From: an uncultured archaeon
GTDB taxonomy: Archaea; Aenigmatarchaeota; Aenigmatarchaeia; GW2011-AR5
NCBI GenBank assembly: GCA_964599215.1
Contig: CAZRDV010000006.1
Coordinates: forward strand, 1 to 55,206
Reading direction: 5' to 3'
Length of the DNA stretch: 55,206 nucleotides
The notes under the pieces are model-generated. The model was not told the origin of the DNA, did not search any database, and was given only the letters and a program-made list of their open reading frames with translations. Below, piece after piece: positions 37,077 to 46,390 of this stretch (position 1 is its first letter; each line of letters begins with the position of its first letter). A program made the position numbers and the translations under genes.

Positions 37077-37418
37077 TCACAGAAACTTAACAAACCTGTT
37101 GGTCTTGTCAACTAGAATATTTTTTGGCTCGAGCTGCTTGTCAGATAGCTCAAAGCCCATAATAATAACTTCTTCGCCTTTTTTGATTAAGCGGGCAGCA
37201 GCGCCGTTCATACATATGGTGCCTGATTTCTTTTCTCCAACCATGACATAGGTCTCCAGCCTTTGGCCGGTTGTGTTGCTTGCAACCAAGACCTTCTCGC
37301 CAGGCAGGAATCCTGCCTTTTCTATGAGGTCCTCATCAATAGTGACGCTTCCTGTATATTCTACCTTAGCATCTGTTACAGTTGCATTATGGATTTTTGA
37401 ACGCAATATCCATCTCAT
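37077..37418 (-). CDS. panD: Pyruvoyl-dependent aspartate 1-decarboxylase
   Basis: SKIHNATVT, YTG|SVTID self-cleavage site, RLETY, ICMNGAAARL. Confidence 0.93.
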   Translation of the reverse strand: MRWILRSKIHNATVTDAKVEYTGSVTIDEDLIEKAGFLPGEKVLVASNTTGQRLETYVMVGEKKSGTICMNGAAARLIKKGEEVIIMGFELSDKQLEPKNILVDKTNRFVKFL

Positions 37419-37471
37419 AATAATACCTGACTATAACTATAATTATAAACTAACACAAAAAAACAAAATAA

Positions 37472-38251
37472 CTACTTTACCAGTTTCCTTAACTCACTGC
37501 CTTTGTCCTCTGCTGTTTCCAGGATACTCCCTATCTCTTCTATTGTAAAGGACGATGTTCCGCCTTTCTGCAAAGAACATATCTTAATGCCTTCTGAGTC
37601 CACAGTGCCTACAGTCAGCCTTGCTTCCAGTGCCTCGCTTTCTGCAAGGCCAGGGTCAACAACGATATAATCCCTTATCTTGGCAAATGTTGTTGAGATT
37701 GGTATGCCTTTCATTGGCAATGCCTTCTTGCCCTTCCTGCTGAAAACAGGCTTTTCATCTTCTATGTCTGGTATCTTTGCGCTTCGCAGAGCAGCCACAG
37801 CTGCAAGGCCTGCTGCATCTATGAGGTTGCCGTCGTTGTCGATGATGTCTATATCGACAAAAACCATCCAGACCTTCTCGCCGGGTGTTATGCAGAGCTT
37901 TTTGAAATCTATTGCCTTGCTCTCTCTTATTGCCCTGTCAACCACTCTCGCAAGCTCTATTGAATCCTCTCCTGGAGGACCGCTCTCAAAGTCCGGCGAA
38001 GCAAGTGGCAGGAATTCTGATGATACGCTCAGCACGCCCTCGTCAGGCGAATCCGGATATGGCTCGCCCATATCCATCTTAACTCCAGCAACAACCTCTG
38101 TGTCGCCAAGCCTGACACGTGCAGAACCCTCTGCTGATGTCACGAAGTTTGTTTCTATGGTAACCTTCCTGTACTTGTCAGCAGCCCTGTTGTCAAGCCT
38201 CTTCTTGTTTCTCATTATCTCCCTTACAAGATCAGTATCTATTCCTATCAT
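37472..38251 (-). CDS. rrp42: Exosome complex component Rrp42
   Basis: AEGSARVRLGDT, FESGPP, ELARVVDRAIRES, DGNLIDA. Confidence 0.95.
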   Translation of the reverse strand: MIGIDTDLVREIMRNKKRLDNRAADKYRKVTIETNFVTSAEGSARVRLGDTEVVAGVKMDMGEPYPDSPDEGVLSVSSEFLPLASPDFESGPPGEDSIELARVVDRAIRESKAIDFKKLCITPGEKVWMVFVDIDIIDNDGNLIDAAGLAAVAALRSAKIPDIEDEKPVFSRKGKKALPMKGIPISTTFAKIRDYIVVDPGLAESEALEARLTVGTVDSEGIKICSLQKGGTSSFTIEEIGSILETAEDKGSELRKLVK

Positions 38252-38985
38252 ACTTTCACCTCTTTTTCATGCATGACCTCTTCCAGCGAATACCTCTTTC
38301 GTAAGGCCTGCTTCTGCTTTTCGTATATCTTTTCGCAGCCCTTGATTGCCAGCTCTATTAACTGTTTAACGTCGCTTCTTTTTGCAAGCCCGTCCATCTG
38401 GAGAAGTGTTATTGCCTTCTTCCTCGGATAGTAGGCAATCGGCAGGTCCAGCTCTCCTTCTGTATCCTCCTTGCCGCTGATATCAAGGACCTTCTTGCCT
38501 TCCACGATGCCAGCTGAGCAGCTTGCTATAAGGTCCCTCATAGGAACGCCTGCATCAGCAAGAGCAAGCGAAGCTGCATTTATGCCAACGCACCTGCTGG
38601 ATGCATTTGCCTGCAGCACTTCAATGTGCACGTCTATTGCTGTTTTCGGGAATTCTTCTAAGAACAGCACAGGCTCTATTGCCTGCCTTGTAACAAAAGA
38701 GATTTCCGTAGAGCGTCGGTTGTGACCTGGCCTGCTCCTGGTTTCTGTAGAGAACGGAGCCATGTTGTACTTTGTTCTCAGGATGGCCTTCTCTGCCTCT
38801 TCAGCATGGCGCGGATGCACTTTCTTCGGGCCGTATACACCGGCAATAGCCATTGTATCACCAAGCCGGAAGAAAGCAGAACCGTCCGCCTTTTTCAGCA
38901 CGCCGACCATTGCCTCTATAGGCCTTAGCTCGTCTAATTTTCTTCCGTCTATCCTCTTATCATTCTTTATCAGTTTTTCTGTCAT
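38248..38985 (-). CDS. rrp41: Exosome complex exonuclease Rrp41
   Basis: RIDGRKLDELRP, ADGSA, YNMAPFS, RRSTEIS, LLQMDG; start moved to MTEKL. Confidence 0.95.
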   Translation of the reverse strand: MTEKLIKNDKRIDGRKLDELRPIEAMVGVLKKADGSAFFRLGDTMAIAGVYGPKKVHPRHAEEAEKAILRTKYNMAPFSTETRSRPGHNRRSTEISFVTRQAIEPVLFLEEFPKTAIDVHIEVLQANASSRCVGINAASLALADAGVPMRDLIASCSAGIVEGKKVLDISGKEDTEGELDLPIAYYPRKKAITLLQMDGLAKRSDVKQLIELAIKGCEKIYEKQKQALRKRYSLEEVMHEKEVKV

Positions 38986-39712
38986 CGTAATCACCTTCCT
39001 TTTTTTCGAATATATCCTCCTTTGCTGGCTTTGCTTCAAACGTCCTGCCCATTCTTTTCTCAAGCATAGCCTTTACCTGGTCTGTAAGTCCCTGTATATG
39101 GCTCTTCTGCTCTATGTAAAGAACAGACTCAGCAGCTATATCCTCGTTTTCGCCTTTGACCCAGACAAGCCCGTTCTGGCCAACAACTATCTGCGTCTTT
39201 GTCAGGTCCTTTATCATCTCAACCATGGACCCGCTCCTTCCTATTATTCTCGGTACCTTTGCAGGAGTGACCTCTATGATCCTTCCTCCACGCAGCTTCC
39301 TGCAGCGTCGGCTTTTCATTGAGAGCTGCACGCTCTTTGCCCTTGTCACTGTTGATATCTCGGCAAAGATAAGGTCGCCGTAATCAAAGTATTTTGTCAG
39401 GTCCGTTTTTGTTAAATCAATGAACTCGTCAACTGCCTCGTTCAGCGGAAGCACTGCCTGGTACGGGGAGTTTATATCAACTATCCACTTTGAAAAGGAT
39501 ATATCCTCTATCTTGCCGATAACGCCGTCTCCCCTTTTCGGGTTGTAGATGCCGCGCAGCGGTATAACAAAAAACAGGTTGTTCTTCTGTTCTGCAAGGC
39601 CTATCACCTTGGAGAATATCTTTCCGTCCTCTTCAAATGTACCGTGTCCTGCTACACCCTCTCCAAGAGGGTCACCAGGAATAACAAGCTTTCTGTCTGA
39701 TTCTTCTGCCAT
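38960..39712 (-). CDS. rrp4: Exosome RNA-binding protein Rrp4
   Basis: VIPGD, S1 domain YNPKRGDGVIG, KH domain PAKVPRIIGRSGSM, GQNG. Confidence 0.95.
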   Translation of the reverse strand: MAEESDRKLVIPGDPLGEGVAGHGTFEEDGKIFSKVIGLAEQKNNLFFVIPLRGIYNPKRGDGVIGKIEDISFSKWIVDINSPYQAVLPLNEAVDEFIDLTKTDLTKYFDYGDLIFAEISTVTRAKSVQLSMKSRRCRKLRGGRIIEVTPAKVPRIIGRSGSMVEMIKDLTKTQIVVGQNGLVWVKGENEDIAAESVLYIEQKSHIQGLTDQVKAMLEKRMGRTFEAKPAKEDIFEKKEGDYDDRKTDKE

Positions 39713-39713
39713 A

Positions 39714-40409
39714 TTAAGACACCTCCTCTATTTTTGCATTTCCCTCTGTTATTGAATTCAATCTTCTAAAAACATCATCTCTCATACCAGCTGGTATTGA
39801 CAGCTTCACAAGCAAGGCACCGTTGCTCAACCACTGCTGGTTCTGCATCTTACCCAGATCCTTGATTATGCCAAAAGCCATGCCAGAATACTGGGCAGGC
39901 ACCTCTATCGAGAGTACGAGCTCTTCTATTGATATGGGTATCACAGGCTTCAGCGCGCTGACCACGCCATCAATCTGCTCATTTGCAGGCCTGAACGGGT
40001 CTATAGAAACCTTTGACTGCTCCATGGCTGTGAGTATCCTCTCAATAGGATGCGGCAGCCTTGTCTGCGGGTTTATCGCATGCCTTGAGATGAAGGAGGC
40101 GATCTGCCTCTTCTTCTCATCCGTCTTTCTTCGCCTAAAATCAGTTGTGGTCTGGAGAAAGCCCTTTTTCACTATAATCTCAGCTATCTCCTCAGCATCT
40201 TGAGTTCTGAACGCGTGCTCAAGATCGCTTTCCGAAGATTTCAAGCCTTTGCCTGAATCGCTGAATACGGAGTTAACAGCAAGCATCTTAGAAACAGACA
40301 CAGACCTGCCTTCCCTGAGCTCGTAAGCAATATCAGGGTCAACCAATACCTCAAAGTGTTTTCCTTCTTTTTCCAACCTGGCAATAATTGCCTTTTCAAC
40401 TGTAACCAT
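39714..40409 (-). CDS. sdo1: Ribosome maturation factor SBDS/Sdo1
   Basis: FEVLVDP, VFSD..KG, INPQTRLPHP. Confidence 0.95.
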   Translation of the reverse strand: MVTVEKAIIARLEKEGKHFEVLVDPDIAYELREGRSVSVSKMLAVNSVFSDSGKGLKSSESDLEHAFRTQDAEEIAEIIVKKGFLQTTTDFRRRKTDEKKRQIASFISRHAINPQTRLPHPIERILTAMEQSKVSIDPFRPANEQIDGVVSALKPVIPISIEELVLSIEVPAQYSGMAFGIIKDLGKMQNQQWLSNGALLVKLSIPAGMRDDVFRRLNSITEGNAKIEEVS

Positions 40410-40603
40410 CTGTTCACCACGTAATGAACAACCCGTTCAGTAACTATAATATAGGGTCGTATCGTAAACTCTTTATAACTTGTATGGAAAAGAATTTAAA
40501 TGGAATTTTACTCTTTGAAAATTATTGCAGTTTCTAAGTCATTTGTCATTCTTTAGTGATTACTATTTAAATATTTCTATTTAATTAATGTCGGTAATCT
40601 CAG

Positions 40604-41500
40604 ATGCAGATATCACCAAAAAGGGCCATAGGAACTGCTGTTTTAGGAGCATCTCTGCTTTTGGGATCGTTGTCTAATAGTTGTGGCGATGCCAAATATG
40701 AACATATGTTTCCTGTTTATGAATACCAATGTGGCTTTCCTCTTCCTAAGGAAATCAGCCCAGAAACAGTAGGCATGTGGTATGATGAAAAATATGCTGA
40801 TAATATCAATATGCTCCAGGGTGATAAAAGCATAGTGTATATCTGGAAAGACACTGTCTTAGAAGAAATACATTATTTTATTTCGCCATCAGTTAAGACA
40901 GTTAACAGCAAGTATCAGGAAGAATTCGATAGATATCTAGAACTGTTAAACAATGGCGGATTACTGGAATCTGGGAATACATTATATGTAACTAAGAACG
41001 GGTACACTACACGTGTTGAATTGGAGAGGTCTGATGGAACCACAGTTAAATATAATGATACAAATGGTGATAGAAAACTAGATTTTGTACATCTCTATGT
41101 TGATTCTAACCTAAGTGAGGAAGAAGCTAAGAATTTATATGATTATTACTTAAATGAGATACTCGAAGCCAAGGCAAATCCAACATTTACTTATAGCGGT
41201 CCAGTACAGTTTGAAGATTGGTACGGCAACATTATTGAAGGACATGCAGAATATTCTGAAAATGAAGTCGAGGGTACCATTCTTCGTGTAGATGGTCCTG
41301 ATGACTTTGAGTTTTTTCATGATATAAACGGTAATCTAAAAATAGACGAGTTCGATGAAGTCTATAAGAGGTCTAAACCATCAGAAGACATACCTGATAA
41401 ATCTCTCTATGTTCCAAGATATTTTTATTTTACTCTTGAAGAAGCTAACAAGAGATTTCAGTCTTATCTAGAGCAAATAGGCAGGACTTTTAAGGCATGA
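40604..41500 (+). CDS. Putative lipoprotein with internal acidic repeats
   Basis: Signal peptide ending SNSC; repeats DTNGDRKLD..YDYYL and DINGNLKID..FQSYL. Confidence 0.65.
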   Translation: MQISPKRAIGTAVLGASLLLGSLSNSCGDAKYEHMFPVYEYQCGFPLPKEISPETVGMWYDEKYADNINMLQGDKSIVYIWKDTVLEEIHYFISPSVKTVNSKYQEEFDRYLELLNNGGLLESGNTLYVTKNGYTTRVELERSDGTTVKYNDTNGDRKLDFVHLYVDSNLSEEEAKNLYDYYLNEILEAKANPTFTYSGPVQFEDWYGNIIEGHAEYSENEVEGTILRVDGPDDFEFFHDINGNLKIDEFDEVYKRSKPSEDIPDKSLYVPRYFYFTLEEANKRFQSYLEQIGRTFKA

Positions 41501-41521
41501 AATGGGTAGAATCTAATAGAA

Positions 41522-42232
41522 TCAGGCGAACTTCTTTGTTGCCTCTTTGATTTCCTGGCTTGTCAGCTGTCGGAATTTCTTATTCTCAATCAAACCGAAC
41601 TCAACGGATTTTGAGGATATCTTCTTCTCGCCTGCCTTGAGCGCCTTGATAGCAAGCTCTATTGCCTTGTCCTTTGTCATATTTTCTCTATACTCTTCTA
41701 TCAGAACTTTCCTTGCTTCTTTGCTGCCCCTGCCAACAGCGTGCGCTGTCCACTCTCTAATAGTGCCGGACGGGTCTGTTTCATAGAGGTGCGGCGAACC
41801 ATCCTCGCCTGCTACAAGCAGGCTGACGCCGTACGGCCTTAGGCCGCCTATTTGGGTGAATCGCTGCTTCCTGTCAGAGATATCCTTGACCAGGGCAGTT
41901 ACCTCTATAGGCTCGCTGTACGTTATTCTATTGACCTGGCAGCGTACCCTGGCATAATCCACAAGCACGCGGCAATCAGCAAGAATCCCGCAAGACGCAA
42001 TTCCGATGTGCTCGTCTATCTTGCTTATCTTCTCAATGCTGTCAGGAACCATTAATTTCTGCACAGATCTGCTGGCTGCAAGAAGCACGCCCCCTGCAAA
42101 GACAATGCCTACTGATGTAGTTGCCTTCTCAACCGCCTTTCTTGCGTATTCTATCTGGTACATCCTTCCCTCAGGGGAGAATACCACGATAGCCCGGTCA
42201 TAGCCCATTTGCTTCATTGGAGAAATTTCCAT
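41522..42232 (-). CDS. psmA: Proteasome alpha subunit
   Basis: GYDRAIVVFSPEGRMYQIEYA, RPYGVSLL, TDPSG. Confidence 0.97.
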   Translation of the reverse strand: MEISPMKQMGYDRAIVVFSPEGRMYQIEYARKAVEKATTSVGIVFAGGVLLAASRSVQKLMVPDSIEKISKIDEHIGIASCGILADCRVLVDYARVRCQVNRITYSEPIEVTALVKDISDRKQRFTQIGGLRPYGVSLLVAGEDGSPHLYETDPSGTIREWTAHAVGRGSKEARKVLIEEYRENMTKDKAIELAIKALKAGEKKISSKSVEFGLIENKKFRQLTSQEIKEATKKFA

Positions 42233-42343
42233 AGGATCAACTTAGAATTCTATCTTTAATTGTACTATTAACTTTATAAAAGTTTCCTTTTGCAGGCATG
42301 TGAACAAATAAATAAGCCTGGAAATAATTATAAATGTGGTGTA

Positions 42344-43219
42344 ATGTTTTTCCTGGGCATTGACGGCGGTGCAACAAAGACCACAGCTGTCATAATCAAC
42401 GAATCCGGTAAAGTGGTAGCAAAGAAAACAGGCAAGGACTCCAATCACAGTATAATCGGCATCAAAAAGGCAGAGCAGCACCTCTACGAACTGATAAGGC
42501 AGTTCAAGAAGAAAATCAGCTATGCATGCTTTGGAATTGCAGGCATAGATTCCAAAAAGCAGTACAATATCGTCTATTCAAAACTGAAGAAGGGCAGAAT
42601 CGGAAAACTGCTGAAGTGCCCTATACTGCTTGTTAACGACTCCCAGATAATACTCCCTGCTATTGGAGAAAACGGCGTTGCTGCAATCGGTGGCACTGGC
42701 TGCAACTTCTATGCAAAGAACAACAAGAAGGAAGCAAGAGCAAGCGGGCTTGGCCACATACAATCAGACCAGGGCTCTGCTTATGATATAGCTGCCATGG
42801 TTTTGAGAGCATCTGTGAAGTCATATGATGGCCGCGGAAGGCAGACACTACTAGAGAAGATGGTAATGAAAAAGGCCAGGATAAAGAATATGAGAGACAT
42901 TGTAAACGTGATGCCGGAGAATACTGAAAAAAAAGATGTTGCAGACTACGCGCCTCTCGCAGAAAAAGCTGCTAAAAAAGGCGATGCAGTAGCAAGGCAG
43001 ATATTATCAGCAGCAGCTGATGAATACGTGCTTGGCATCAGGGCTGTAGCAAAGAGAACCGGCCTCAGAAAATTTGACGTTGCACTGGCTGGCAGCGTCT
43101 TCAATGCCAGGCCGCTATTAAGGTATATCAAAAACAGAATAAAGGCAAGAATCTTTATAGTAAAAGACCCGGCAATAGGCGCTGCGAAACTCGCAATGAT
43201 GAAATATTACAGGAAATAA
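42344..43219 (+). CDS. BadF/BadG/BcrA/BcrD-type (N-acetylglucosamine/sugar) kinase
   Basis: LGIDGGATKT, GIAGID, ND, IGGTG, SDQGSA, LAGSVF. Confidence 0.85.
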   Translation: MFFLGIDGGATKTTAVIINESGKVVAKKTGKDSNHSIIGIKKAEQHLYELIRQFKKKISYACFGIAGIDSKKQYNIVYSKLKKGRIGKLLKCPILLVNDSQIILPAIGENGVAAIGGTGCNFYAKNNKKEARASGLGHIQSDQGSAYDIAAMVLRASVKSYDGRGRQTLLEKMVMKKARIKNMRDIVNVMPENTEKKDVADYAPLAEKAAKKGDAVARQILSAAADEYVLGIRAVAKRTGLRKFDVALAGSVFNARPLLRYIKNRIKARIFIVKDPAIGAAKLAMMKYYRK

Positions 43220-43262
43220 ATATTTATAATATTGAATTCATATCTAAAGCTAATGTGATGCG

Positions 43263-44474
43263 ATGCCGCCGAAACTGAATAACTACAGGAAGATTGTCGG
43301 TAAAGAGACAATCCAAAGGATAGTGGAATCTGCAAAGCCGTTGAAGGGCAAGGACGTTCTTCACGTAAACGCAGTATCCTTTGGCGGCGGTGTTGCAGAG
43401 ATATTGAACACACTTGTGCTGCTGATGACAGACGTCGGCATCAAGGCAGGCTGGAGAGTGCTCAAGGCTACTCCTGATTTCTTTTTCGTAACAAAGGAGT
43501 TTCACAATGCAATGCAGGGATCGCCGATATCGCTGACCCCGAGAAAGAGAAAAACATATATGGAGTATATCCACAGGAATGCGCTCATGCACATAGTCGA
43601 GGACAATGATTTTGTAATAATACACGATCCGCAGCCGGTAGCGCTGATAAAATATTACAAGAAGGAGCAGCCCTGGATATGGCGTTGTCATATTGATATA
43701 ACAACACCGGACCCGGTCATGTGGAACTTCCTTGCACCGTTCATCAGGCGGTACGACGCGATGATAATAACTGACAAGAAATACAGGAAAGAGGAAATGG
43801 ATATCAGGCAGGAGATAATAACGCCTACGATTAATCCTTTTTCACACAAGAACAGGGAGCTTTCTGATAAAGAGGTCAGAAGGATACTATATGAAAATAA
43901 TATCGACCCGAGCAAGCCGATAATAACGCAGGTTTCAAGATTCGATAAATGGAAGGATCCCCTGGGCGTAATAGATATCTACAGGAGGGTCAAAGAAAAG
44001 TTCGACTGCCAGCTGCTGATGGTTGGCAACATTGTCGACGACGACCCCGAGGGCAAGATTATGCTGAACAAGCTGCAGGAGAAGACCAAAGAGTATAATG
44101 ATGATATTCATATAATAACAAACGCAGGGGACCTGACTGTCAATGCCATCCAACGTGCATCCACTGTAATATTGCAGAAGAGCATAAAGGAAGGGTTTGG
44201 AATGACCGTTACCGAGGCTTTGTGGAAAGGAAAGCCTGTTATCGGAACCCATGCAGGTGGCATACCGCTGCAGGTCATAGACGGCAAAACAGGCTTTCTG
44301 ATGGACAGCATAGAGCAGGGAGTAGATGCCTGCGTAAAACTACTGAAAAACGAGAAGCTCAGAGAAACCATGGGCACTGCAGCAAGAGAACACGTAAAGA
44401 AGAACTTCCTTATTACAAAGCACCTGGAGAATTACATAAAGCTCCTGAACTCATTTCTGCCGTATAAGGTGTAG
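43263..44474 (+). CDS. treT: Trehalose synthase TreT-like GT4 glycosyltransferase
   Basis: HVNAVSFGGGVAEIL, HDPQP, WRCHID, QVSRFDKWKDP, QKSIKEGFGMTVTEALWKG. Confidence 0.9.
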   Translation: MPPKLNNYRKIVGKETIQRIVESAKPLKGKDVLHVNAVSFGGGVAEILNTLVLLMTDVGIKAGWRVLKATPDFFFVTKEFHNAMQGSPISLTPRKRKTYMEYIHRNALMHIVEDNDFVIIHDPQPVALIKYYKKEQPWIWRCHIDITTPDPVMWNFLAPFIRRYDAMIITDKKYRKEEMDIRQEIITPTINPFSHKNRELSDKEVRRILYENNIDPSKPIITQVSRFDKWKDPLGVIDIYRRVKEKFDCQLLMVGNIVDDDPEGKIMLNKLQEKTKEYNDDIHIITNAGDLTVNAIQRASTVILQKSIKEGFGMTVTEALWKGKPVIGTHAGGIPLQVIDGKTGFLMDSIEQGVDACVKLLKNEKLRETMGTAAREHVKKNFLITKHLENYIKLLNSFLPYKV

Positions 44475-44475
44475 G

Positions 44476-45780
44476 CTACTTCAGCCCGAACTGCTTCAAG
44501 AAGCCGGATCTCTTCATCTTTTCCGGCGAAAACCTTTTCATCATCTTCTTGGTCTTGTTGTAGTTGGCCAGCAGCTCCCTGACCTCGCTTTCATCGCAGG
44601 CAGAGCCGTGTGCAATCCTGCTTATTCTGGCTGAATTAATTTCCTCAGGCTTTGCCTTTTCCTCAGGTGTCATTGACTGGAGGATGAATTTCCATCTTTT
44701 CATCTTGCCTTCCTGCGCTCCTATGTCAGGCACCTTGCCAGAGAGCTTTCCAAGACCCATCATGTCAAGCACCTGGGTCATGGGCCCCATCTTTTGCATA
44801 GACTCGATTTGCGAATAGAAGTCATCTAGATCGAAATCACCTTTGATAACCTTTTCTGCTTTTTTCTCATCTACAACTAAACGGGCCTTTTCAAGCAGTG
44901 TCTCTAAATCAGGAAAACCAAGCAGGCGCGATACGAACTTGGTAGGGTCATACTCTTCAAGGTCATCGGTCTTCTCGCCAAGGGCAATAAACTTTACTTT
45001 AGCTCCGGTTGTGTAACAGGCAGTTAATGCACCGCCGCCCTTTGCAGTGGCATCAAGCTTTGTAACAATGACATCTGTTATGTTTAGCGCAGAATGAAAA
45101 GCAACAGCCTGCTCCTTTGCTGCCTGCCCTATATCAGCAGGTATGACCAGCATGCGCTCATCTGGCTTAAGTATTTCATTGAGCCTCTTTATCTCGTTTA
45201 TAAGGTCCTTGTCAAGTGCGCTCCTGCCCGAGGAATCGACAATCAGGATATCGGCTTTTACCCTCTTCATGGCCTCCTTCAAAACACTACTGCTGTCTTT
45301 TTCGCCTTTTATTCCAAAAAACGGCACTTCTATCTGCTTTGACAGCTGTTCTAACTGCTCGTAAGCAGCTGGCCTTACTGTGTCGCAGCAGACCAGGCAA
45401 GGCTTAAGGCCCTTTTTCTGGTAGAACCTTGCCAGCTTTGCAGATGTTGTTGTCTTACCTGATCCAAATAATCCGATAAGAAGTATTTTCTTTGATTTCA
45501 GCTCTATTATAGATTTCTCCTTGCCCAGTATTCTCGTGAGCTCGTCGTAAACAACCCTTATTACGTGCTCTTTCCTTGTAAGGCCCGGCAGTAATTTCTG
45601 CATAGATTTTTGCCGTATGCTGCTGCTGAGCTCAAATACCAGCTTCACGTCTACGTCACTGGCTATCAGCGAGCGCTGTATATCCTTTATCAGGTCTTCA
45701 ACAGCTGCCTTGTCAACCAAGCCTATCTTAGTCAGCTTCTCTATGCTCTCCCTTAACTTTGCAGACAATCCCTTAAGCAT
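44476..45780 (-). CDS. srp54: Signal recognition particle protein SRP54
   Basis: GLFGSGKTT, DTVRPAA, DSSGR, TKLDATAKGGG; M domain with SMTPEE and SRIAHGS. Confidence 0.95.
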   Translation of the reverse strand: MLKGLSAKLRESIEKLTKIGLVDKAAVEDLIKDIQRSLIASDVDVKLVFELSSSIRQKSMQKLLPGLTRKEHVIRVVYDELTRILGKEKSIIELKSKKILLIGLFGSGKTTTSAKLARFYQKKGLKPCLVCCDTVRPAAYEQLEQLSKQIEVPFFGIKGEKDSSSVLKEAMKRVKADILIVDSSGRSALDKDLINEIKRLNEILKPDERMLVIPADIGQAAKEQAVAFHSALNITDVIVTKLDATAKGGGALTACYTTGAKVKFIALGEKTDDLEEYDPTKFVSRLLGFPDLETLLEKARLVVDEKKAEKVIKGDFDLDDFYSQIESMQKMGPMTQVLDMMGLGKLSGKVPDIGAQEGKMKRWKFILQSMTPEEKAKPEEINSARISRIAHGSACDESEVRELLANYNKTKKMMKRFSPEKMKRSGFLKQFGLK

Positions 45781-45856
45781 AACAATCACTACTCGATAAA
45801 ACTTCTAATAAAACTTTTTTAAAGGTTGAGTTTACCCTTATAGATAAAAAGTATGC

Positions 45857-46390
45857 TTATTTGGTTATGTACTGCCTTGTCTTGATAAGTATGGCCACAA
45901 CAATTATTAGTATAAAAAGTGCCACGCCTATTTGATAGGTCTGCGGCGAGACTATGAAATTGCCGGTAATCGTGTTTTCCAGCTCGGTTTTCTGTGCCTC
46001 AAGAACCTCCAGCTCTGCCTTATATTCGTCCCTTTCCATCTTCAGCTCATCCAGCTCAGCTAGAAGCTCTGACTTCTCGTCCCCCATCTCTGATATCTGC
46101 TTTTCAACTGCCTCTATCTGAACATTCAGCTGGTCAACCCTGGAGAAGACGTTATTTATTCTCTCTTCCAATGCCTGCATCTCGTTGAAATTCTCGACAA
46201 TTATTCTCCTGTAGCTTGTAAAGCCGTTGTCAAGATAGTTTACTGTAAATTCTCTGTCATCCAGTATTTTGTATGTAACGCCGTCCTGTGTCAGGAAACC
46301 GTCGTCTATCTTGCTCTTGTCTAAATCAAGAACGCCTGCTTGCGCTACGCCAATCATGAATAAAATAGTTAGCAGATAAATTATTCTCAT
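45857..46390 (-). CDS. Secreted, C-terminally anchored coiled-coil protein
   Basis: Signal peptide (AQA), long heptad region, ITGN..VSP followed by TM. Confidence 0.75.
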   Translation of the reverse strand: MRIIYLLTILFMIGVAQAGVLDLDKSKIDDGFLTQDGVTYKILDDREFTVNYLDNGFTSYRRIIVENFNEMQALEERINNVFSRVDQLNVQIEAVEKQISEMGDEKSELLAELDELKMERDEYKAELEVLEAQKTELENTITGNFIVSPQTYQIGVALFILIIVVAILIKTRQYITK

